Virus record (IMG/VR): IMGVR_UViG_2893071988_000005
Location: 1-64,000 of that record
Source of the DNA: a virus
Taxonomy: Duplodnaviria; Caudoviricetes
Direction: 5' to 3' (one strand)
Length of the DNA stretch: 64,000 bases
Below the pieces are notes generated by a model. It did no database searches and had not been told where the DNA came from. It saw only the letters and a list, made by a program, of their open reading frames with translations. How positions within the stretch are numbered: the stretch's first letter is position 1; each line of letters begins with the position of its first letter. This document shows, piece by piece, positions 43,925-50,400 of the stretch. The translations under genes were made by a program, and so were the position numbers.

Positions 43925-44298
43925 CTGGTGTATAGCGAGGCGCGACGTTGTGGGGCGCTGCGACGTGGCGAGCTGTGCAGAGGCGCGACGTGGAGTGGCG
44001 GATGTGGTGCATTTTCGGCACCTATAAGCCCTTGTGCTGCCGAGGGTTTACAGGTGCCGACCCTTTCGGGCCGGCTGGCTGATGCGGAGTGTCGCGGGGC
44101 GCAGTGGGGTGACGAGAAGCGTTGTGCTGCGGCGCGGGGTGGTGCGGGTGATGCCGTTGCCGACACCTCTGTCCCGCTCATTTCAGCAAGATAGAGGTGC
44201 CGGCCTCCGAAGAGACCGGCTGGCTGATGCTTTGTGTTGCGATGCGAGACGTTGCCGCGCGCTGCGCCGCGGTGCGACGAGTGGCGTCGTGACGCGAG
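43925..44298 (-). ncRNA. Three pentamer-repeat RNA units (C, B, A) downstream of the RAMP-like gene
   Basis: Plus-strand (GYG-NN)n tracts at 43930-44004, 44084-44146 and 44229-44298, separated by hairpins and a shared GCCGGCTGGCTGAT-like motif. Confidence 0.75.
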
Positions 44299-44299
44299 G

Positions 44300-44872
44300 T
44301 TAAACCTCAGACCACTCAAACCTCTCGACCGTGAAGCGGCCATTGAAGCCGCCTTTCTCCGGCCGGAAGCGGCCGATGCCGACGAGCCGCCCAGCTTCGA
44401 CGAGGGCCTGCTCGAAAACTTTGTTCGGGATCACCTCGTCCAGAATGGAGAAGTGCGCCTTGCCTTCCCAGGAGGGAATGTACGGAAACTTGCGGCGAAC
44501 ACGCTTGCCGCTGCCGCGCACGCCGTCGGCGTTCGCCCAGATCGTGATGGGCTGGAGCTTGTCCTTGTGGACGCCGATCGGCACGTTGCCGTCGCAGATC
44601 TGCCCGGCGACGAAGAACTTCGTGTAGGTGGACTTGCCGCGCCCGGGGATCGAAATGTTGAGACGCTTCACCGCCTCATCGATGCTCATTTTGAGAGCCA
44701 TGGCGGGGATGCAGACGGTGCCTGCGTCGTCATAGGTTGCCTTCTCCTTCCAGAGGCGAAGGTCGTAGTCGGCGGCGGATTCCTTCTCCAACTTGGGATG
44801 ATGGTCCGGGTCGATGGCGGCGGACTGGGAATAGGGCGTGGCGGATTTCAGGTGTGCGATGACGATGCGCAT
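44300..44872 (-). CDS. Stand-alone RAMP/Cas7-like protein (Vipr-like)
   Basis: N-terminal strand 'IAHLKSATP', 'CIPAMALKMSI' (cf. RAMP IPGSSLKG), C-terminal Gly loop 'GRLVGIGRFRPEKGGFNGRF'. Confidence 0.75.
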   Translation of the reverse strand: MRIVIAHLKSATPYSQSAAIDPDHHPKLEKESAADYDLRLWKEKATYDDAGTVCIPAMALKMSIDEAVKRLNISIPGRGKSTYTKFFVAGQICDGNVPIGVHKDKLQPITIWANADGVRGSGKRVRRKFPYIPSWEGKAHFSILDEVIPNKVFEQALVEAGRLVGIGRFRPEKGGFNGRFTVERFEWSEV

Positions 44873-44892
44873 TGAGGAGACCTTTCTGATGG

Positions 44893-45156
44893 GGCTGATG
44901 TGTTGCGAGGCGGGGCGACGAGCCGCAGCGCGTGGCGAAACGACGCGCGGCAGGGCGCGGCGCAGTGGGTGTTGACACCCTGAAAGCGGCCGAGGTGCCG
45001 GCAGATTTCAGGGTGCCAACTCCACAAGGGAGTTGGCGGGCTGAAGTGTGGTGTTGCGGCGCGCAGCGACGTGCAGCGGAGTGGAGCGCTACGCGGCGAA
45101 GTGGAGCATTCCGGCTCCCTTATCCATCGGCAGCTCGAGAGATAAGGCAACCGGAA
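44893..45156 (-). ncRNA. Two pentamer-repeat RNA units (E, D) upstream of the RAMP-like gene
   Basis: (GYG-NN)n tracts at 44900-44967 and 45046-45110, each with GGCTGA(T/A) on one side and a long hairpin on the other. Confidence 0.75.
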
Positions 45157-45200
45157 GCACGAAAGCGGGCGGGGTGAGGCCCTCATCCCGCCCGTTCGTG

Positions 45201-45443
45201 CTATCGGGGTTTCAGCGGTAGAACTTCCCGGACTTCCGGATCCAGCGCGGCATGCGCGGCCTCCCATTTGTCGCGGGTTTCGGTGAACCGCTCATACGCG
45301 GCACGCAATCGGGTGCCGGGTTCGCCTGTCGCGCGCTGGGTGTGGCGGAGTTCGCCGGGCCATTCCATGGGGAAGGCGAGGGCGATCTGCACCAGCCACG
45401 CGCGATCGGCGGCTCTATGGGCCTCATAGATCGAGGCGATCAA
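45201..45443 (-). CDS. Small hypothetical protein
   Basis: GGAG RBS; 'AHRAADRAW...GEPGTRLRAAYE'; followed by a long hairpin at 45157-45201. Confidence 0.55.
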   Translation of the reverse strand: MIASIYEAHRAADRAWLVQIALAFPMEWPGELRHTQRATGEPGTRLRAAYERFTETRDKWEAAHAALDPEVREVLPLKPR

Positions 45444-45633
45444 TACAATGCGTCTCCAAGGCTGGAGGGACAGGGTGCCTCCCCGTGGCGTGGGCGGGAA
45501 GGGAGGCTGGCGAGCCCGCCGATGATATTCAGCCGGCTTTCAGGCCCGGCGCATGCTGCACCTCCGCGTTTGAGGGATCGGTTGCCATTGGCCGCGCATT
45601 GGGCCGGTTGATGGGTGCGCGGCCCCGGAACGG

Positions 45634-45822
45634 TTAAACGAGGGCCGCGGCGGCGAGCGACTGCTCGACCTGGGCGAGGCGGTGCGCCATGGCGGCGCAG
45701 GCACCGACGAACGCGATGCAGAGAACAGCGAGGATCACGAGGCCGAGCTTGCGGGAGGGCGCAGGCGGTCGCTTCACCATCGGCTCAAGCACGATGGTGC
45801 GGGGTCGGGGGAGCGCGGGCAT
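45634..45822 (-). CDS. Small single-TM protein
   Basis: 'LGLVILAVLCIAFVGACAAMA'. Confidence 0.55.
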   Translation of the reverse strand: MPALPRPRTIVLEPMVKRPPAPSRKLGLVILAVLCIAFVGACAAMAHRLAQVEQSLAAAALV

Positions 45823-45828
45823 GGGCGT

Positions 45829-46143
45829 TTACTCGGCGATGCAGGCCGTGAACGCGCCATAGGCGTTCGCCTTGCGGCTGGTTGAGGTGCAGGCCTCTTC
45901 CGGCATGGCGCGCGCAATCGCGGTCTTCACCTCGGATTTCGTCATGGTGCGACCAGCGAGGAATGCGGCCTCGTCGACCACGGCGAGCGTGAACGTCTTC
46001 GCGGGGGGCGGCAGGTCCTTCGTCTTGGTCGAGACAAGCGCGGCCATGTTGGAGGAGGTGAAACCGATGGTTTCGGCGCAGGCGGGCAGGGCAAGCGAAG
46101 CCCCGAGAATGGCGGTAAGGCCGAGCGCGAGCGGCAGGTGCAT
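45829..46143 (-). CDS. Small secreted protein
   Basis: AAGGAG RBS; signal peptide 'MHLPLALGLTAILGASLALPACA'; Cys pair. Confidence 0.65.
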   Translation of the reverse strand: MHLPLALGLTAILGASLALPACAETIGFTSSNMAALVSTKTKDLPPPAKTFTLAVVDEAAFLAGRTMTKSEVKTAIARAMPEEACTSTSRKANAYGAFTACIAE

Positions 46144-46278
46144 GGGAGGTCTCCTTGGTCGCATAATTGCGGGGGTGGCCGTGCGGCCGTGGAATGCCGG
46201 GCGTGCCGACATTGCAGAGGCGCACGAAAAAGCCGCCCGGAGGCGGCTCTAGGAAGCATCTATTGAGGCAGGCGAGCG

Positions 46279-46515
46279 CTATGTCAGCTTGATCAGCACC
46301 GCGAGCGCGCCGACGCCGGCTATCATGATCGCGCCAAGGCGAACCGTGATGCGCAGCGTGAGCGTGTCCATCGCGGCGGTGAGGTCGGATTTCGTCACGA
46401 GATCGGCCATGATGTAATCCCTAGCGGCCTCCGCTTGTGCTTCTGCCTGTTTCTGGGTGACGCCGGCATCGCGCAGGCGCTTGGAGTAGCCGAGTGTATC
46501 AAACGCAACTGACAA
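46279..46515 (-). CDS. DUF1640/CCDC90-family membrane-anchored protein
   Basis: 'FDTLGYSKRLRDAGVTQKQAEA...LVTKSDL' plus C-terminal TM; TTG start after GGAG. Confidence 0.75.
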   Translation of the reverse strand: MSVAFDTLGYSKRLRDAGVTQKQAEAQAEAARDYIMADLVTKSDLTAAMDTLTLRITVRLGAIMIAGVGALAVLIKLT

Positions 46516-46627
46516 TGGAAGTCTCCATAGTTCGAGGTGGAAGAGGGGACGAGAAAGCCGCCCGAAGGCGGCTTGGTGGGCGGGGCACGGATTGACGGGC
46601 AGGCCCGTGGGGAGACATGGGCCATGG

Positions 46628-46774
46628 CTAGACCGCGCAGCGATCGCGCCGCCACCTGGCAAGGACGGCGCGGGAGAAGAAGGCGAGATAGCCGCCGGTG
46701 ACTTTCACGATGGCGACGGCGTGCGGATACCAGCGGGCGACGGTCCGCCGCGATTTCACAGGTGCGAATTGCAT
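46628..46774 (-). CDS. 48-aa phage microprotein
   Basis: GGAG RBS plus upstream 13-bp motif; 'IVKVTGGYLAF'. Confidence 0.6.
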   Translation of the reverse strand: MQFAPVKSRRTVARWYPHAVAIVKVTGGYLAFFSRAVLARWRRDRCAV

Positions 46775-46828
46775 GATGGTCTCCATAGTTCGCATGATTG
46801 CGGTGTTTGGGGCGCGGCACAGCCGCAA

Positions 46829-46933
46829 CTAGGGAGGCTCCACGTCGATCTCCGCGAGGCTAACCACGGCGAGCGCGGCGAGGCCTTGCAGGAAGGCGCG
46901 TCGGCGCATGGTCGGCTGAGGAGGAAGGGGCAT
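46829..46933 (-). CDS. 34-aa peptide resembling a Tat signal
   Basis: GGAG RBS plus upstream motif; MPLPPQPTMRRRAFLQGLAALAVVSLAEIDVEPP. Confidence 0.5.
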   Translation of the reverse strand: MPLPPQPTMRRRAFLQGLAALAVVSLAEIDVEPP

Positions 46934-47072
46934 GAAGGTCTCCATTGGCGCATGATTGCGGTTCGGCGTGACGCCGCGAAAAGGCGTACAGGTGCGCGAC
47001 CTTTCGTAGGGACACGATAGAGGGGGGGGGCGGTGCCCGGAGGGGAGGAGCCCCGGGCACCGCATGACGGCT

Positions 47073-47606
47073 TTAGGCGGCGTCGGCGGTCTTTTCGGCC
47101 TTGACCTTCTTCGGCTTGGCCGGAACCAGCTCGACAACCGCGGGCGTCTGCGCAAGACGCAATGCACCTTCGAGCGCCTGCACGACGCGGATGGACGCGC
47201 CCTTTTCCGTCATTTTCTTCAGGAACGCGGTGATCTCCTTCACCTCGTCCAGTGCCTTTTCACCGCCGGCAGCGGCCTTCGTTTCCTTGATGTAGTTCGC
47301 CGGTGCGATCTCCATCATGTCGGTGAGCTTGGTTTCGCCCTTGCCGTGGTAGTCGAAGACCATCGTCTCAGCGTTGAACTTGACCTTGCCGAAGGCGACG
47401 GCCCATGCCTTGAGACCGGCGCGGTAGTTCGCCGGGGTGACAGCCAGAAGGCTGTTGAGGTGAGACGGGCAGGAATGTTCCTCGACGTGCATCAGGCACG
47501 ACACGGCGAGCTGGTGCTCGCGCTGGGTGAAGTTGGCGACCAGCTTGCCCTGACCGACGATAGCTTTGCCGAGAGCCTTGCCCTTGATGATCGAAAACGT
47601 TGCCAT
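47073..47606 (-). CDS. Hypothetical early phage protein, first gene of the leftward accessory operon
   Basis: 177 aa, strong RBS, highly biased codons; GC hairpin at 47031-47062 follows. Confidence 0.75.
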   Translation of the reverse strand: MATFSIIKGKALGKAIVGQGKLVANFTQREHQLAVSCLMHVEEHSCPSHLNSLLAVTPANYRAGLKAWAVAFGKVKFNAETMVFDYHGKGETKLTDMMEIAPANYIKETKAAAGGEKALDEVKEITAFLKKMTEKGASIRVVQALEGALRLAQTPAVVELVPAKPKKVKAEKTADAA

Positions 47607-48239
47607 GGTAGTTTCTCCATCGTTCGCATAATTGCGGTTTGAAGCGGATTGCTTCTGAAAGGCCAAAGCCCATTGCCCTTTCAGAAACGATCCTCTTGTG
47701 AGACCGCCAACTTTCGCCGACGGCCTCAGAATTCAACGTGATTTCTTTTTCTCGGTGCCCAAGCCTGTATCGGTTGAGGGGTGCAGCACTGAGCGAGTCC
47801 ATCGCTTGCCGGTTATCTTTCCGCCACCTAACGCTTTCGCGTCGTGCATGTCTTTCGCTGTGCCCAAGGGTTTCATTCCCCTTTCCAGTGCATGATGAAC
47901 ATCATGCTTCGCGCCCCTTTTGCCCTACGGCTTTCGCCGCTTCGGCCGGAACCTTCACCGATGCAAGTATTTTGTTGCCCGTACCTTGCCGCACGTCCTT
48001 CCCCGCAACACTGGCTTTGTCTTGCCAGCTACCTACGGCTCTCGCCGTATTGGGTCGCCCGATTCGCAAACCGCATTCCCTGTTGATCCGCTGTAAAGCT
48101 CAATCCACCTACCTGACCGCCGAAGCGATAACCTGAGGCAACCAAAACCGTACTTGGCAGGAAACCGTTGTCTTGCTGTCAAATAACCTTCGGGAAGTCC
48201 CGAACCCCGAACCGCTGTGTATCGCCGTTCGATGATTGA

Positions 48240-48267
48240 AAGATACGTTTTGTATCGGAAAATACAA
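48240..48267 (-). promoter_or_regulatory. Leftward promoter with operator
   Basis: Minus strand TTGTAT-N16-TATCTT overlapping a perfect GATAC-GTTTT-GTATC (48242-48256); AT-rich upstream region. Confidence 0.6.
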
Positions 48268-49156
48268 GCGGGTAATGCGCTGAGACTGCGATTATTTTGT
48301 AAGACGCTGAAAACAAATAGATAAAAATAATTCACATCGTATCGATAGGCATTCCGACGGCCGGACAAAGCTCGGATTTCCAACGCTGGCAAGGCCGTCA
48401 CCCAGGGTGATACTCCCCCCGGCCTGCCGGGAAAGCCGTGCATGGGGAAAGGGGGAGGGGTGTTAGAAAAAACGCTGGACGAAACAAAAGTCCGCGAGTC
48501 ATACCAATCCCCATAAGCCGGCATTGCGCCCGGCAAGAGCTTCCCCTCTCCCCCCTCATTCGAGCCGCCCGCCTGTTGCGAGGTTGGCCCTGCCGCCCGC
48601 TGATTGTGGCAGGCAGGCAATGCGCCGTCGTCACTCGATGGCCCGCACACTGGCCCTGCGCCGCGCTCATGAGGACGGGGAGAGGGGAAGGCAAGGAAGC
48701 CTCATAGGAGCGTAGCGGGAGGGGGAGAGCGTAGCGAGGGGGAAGCAGCCCTCTGCCTCTCCACCTGCCTCAGCCTGCCCGCCATGCCTGCGCTCGCCTC
48801 ACACGCTCGCCCCTGCCTGACACGCTCGCCCATGCGCTCGCCCTCACATGCGCGCAGGCCCTCACGCCCGCACACGTAGGCGCGCCCGCCCACCCGCGCA
48901 CGCACCCCCCCACGCGCAGGTTCTTCTCTCCCACCCCGGCGCCCGCGGGTCAGCGGCAGCGCACGATTTGAGCGATTTCGGTGTTTTCGATTTCGCGGTT
49001 CCGATTCCGCAATTCCCGACCGATCCGGCTTGGAATGATTTTGCGTGGATCGGGCAAAAAATGCCCGGGTGCTGCAAAGGCGAATACAAATAATTTTCTA
49101 CAGAAGCCGCTTCGGCGGCCCGATCTGTAGAACAAAGCTTTCGTTTGGAGGTTTCG

Positions 49157-49849
49157 ATGTACGTCGTGAAGAGCGGACAGAACCTCGTCGTCATCGGCCG
49201 GTTCGCGCAGATGGCCAAGCGGCTCAGCAGCAGCACGGCGAAGCGAGAGCTGTTTCGTGGTGTCGTGGACGCGGGTCGCCGGATGAAAACCGACACCCAG
49301 AAGGTCGTCACCGAGCAGATGGCGCTCAAGCGCGGGCTCTATCAGAGCTATGTCGTGGCCAACACGCGCGGCGTCGGAAGCCAGGCGCTCCTCGCCTATG
49401 ACATCTATTCGTCGAAGGGCGGCATCAAGGTCCAGAACTATAAGGGGCTCAAGTCCCTGAAGGGCGGCGGGCGTGTCGCCAAGAAGCTGAATGGCGGCCG
49501 GGCTGCGTTCGACAAGGGTACTGTCCGGTCAGGCGTCTGGAACAATCCGCGCGTCTTCAAGCGCTCGTTCGAGGTGGACGGCTCCTTCTACATGATGCGC
49601 ACGGCACAGGATGGTGTCCGGGCGCCGCGCATCTTGTGGACCCATGACAACCGGTCCTGGCAGCCGCGAACGGCGCAGGGCCGGTTCGCATCGACCGGAA
49701 CGAAGTGGGGCAAGGTTCGCCAGCTGTATGGCCCGGCGCTCGGCAAGGAAATCCCGGATGGGCAGTCGGCGGCAAACTTCATGGCTCGCGCGCCGATCGT
49801 ACTCGAGGCGGCAGTGACGCCGCGTATCGCAAAGCTCCTGAGGTACTGA
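49157..49849 (+). CDS. Minor tail/neck protein (gpZ-like)
   Basis: Basic protein with 'VRQLYGPAL'; GGAGG RBS; TGATG-coupled to the terminase small subunit. Confidence 0.65.
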   Translation: MYVVKSGQNLVVIGRFAQMAKRLSSSTAKRELFRGVVDAGRRMKTDTQKVVTEQMALKRGLYQSYVVANTRGVGSQALLAYDIYSSKGGIKVQNYKGLKSLKGGGRVAKKLNGGRAAFDKGTVRSGVWNNPRVFKRSFEVDGSFYMMRTAQDGVRAPRILWTHDNRSWQPRTAQGRFASTGTKWGKVRQLYGPALGKEIPDGQSAANFMARAPIVLEAAVTPRIAKLLRY

Positions 49850-50400
49850 TGGCGAAGGCAACGCCCCGCGCGAAACCCGCAAGGCCGACCAAGGCTGCTC
49901 CGAAGATCTCGGTCGCCGATCAGATGGTCAATCAGACCGAGATGGCGAAGATCCTCGACATCAGCACGCGGTTTCTCCGCCAATTGCAGGTTGACGGGGT
50001 GCTCCAGCCTGAGAAGGGGAAGTTCCGGGTAGGCTCGACAGTTCGGGCATATGCAGACTTCCTCAAGCAGGGTTCGGAAAAGCGATCTGGCTCCAGCAGC
50101 ATGGACGAGCTTCGCGCCGAGAAGGCGCTCGACATCCGCCTTAACCGAGCGCGGAAGGACCGGGAAATCATCTCGCTCGACGAAGCGCTGAGCGCCATCG
50201 ATGAGGTCACGGGCCTATATGTCTCGTCCCTTTCTGGACTTCCTGCGCAGATAACGGGAGTGCCGAGAGAGCGGCAGAGGTTGGATGAAATCTTCGACAG
50301 AGAACGGCTCCGCATCAGAGATCGTCTCGCCAAAAAGCGACAAGCTCTTCTTGAGGGCCGAGAAACTTCTGACACCGAGGCCGAGGACGACGCCGACTGA
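49849..50400 (+). CDS. Terminase small subunit (Nu1-like)
   Basis: wHTH 'VNQTEMAKILDISTRFLRQLQVDGVL'; directly upstream of the large subunit. Confidence 0.8.
   Translation: MAKATPRAKPARPTKAAPKISVADQMVNQTEMAKILDISTRFLRQLQVDGVLQPEKGKFRVGSTVRAYADFLKQGSEKRSGSSSMDELRAEKALDIRLNRARKDREIISLDEALSAIDEVTGLYVSSLSGLPAQITGVPRERQRLDEIFDRERLRIRDRLAKKRQALLEGRETSDTEAEDDAD

Noticed and set aside
43840-44343. Arg/Ala/Pro-rich ORFs across the pentamer tracts (also 44730-44978, 44848-45267, 44932-45177)
   Set aside because: A 5-nt period does not fit codon structure; the translations are low-complexity and lack RBS. They are better explained as non-coding RNA units.
43930-45110. Pentamer tracts as simple microsatellites or a canonical CRISPR array
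   Set aside because: Adjacent pentamers differ at NN (no slippage homogenisation), tract lengths are uniform and bounded by shared hairpins, and there is no alternation of long identical repeats and spacers.
47022-47030. G9 homopolymer as a phase-variation tract
   Set aside because: It is intergenic, next to a terminator-like hairpin, and not within a CDS or promoter spacer.
48033-48715. ORFs in the divergent promoter/cos region
   Set aside because: Atypical composition, no RBS, and overlap with the promoter, operator and repeats.
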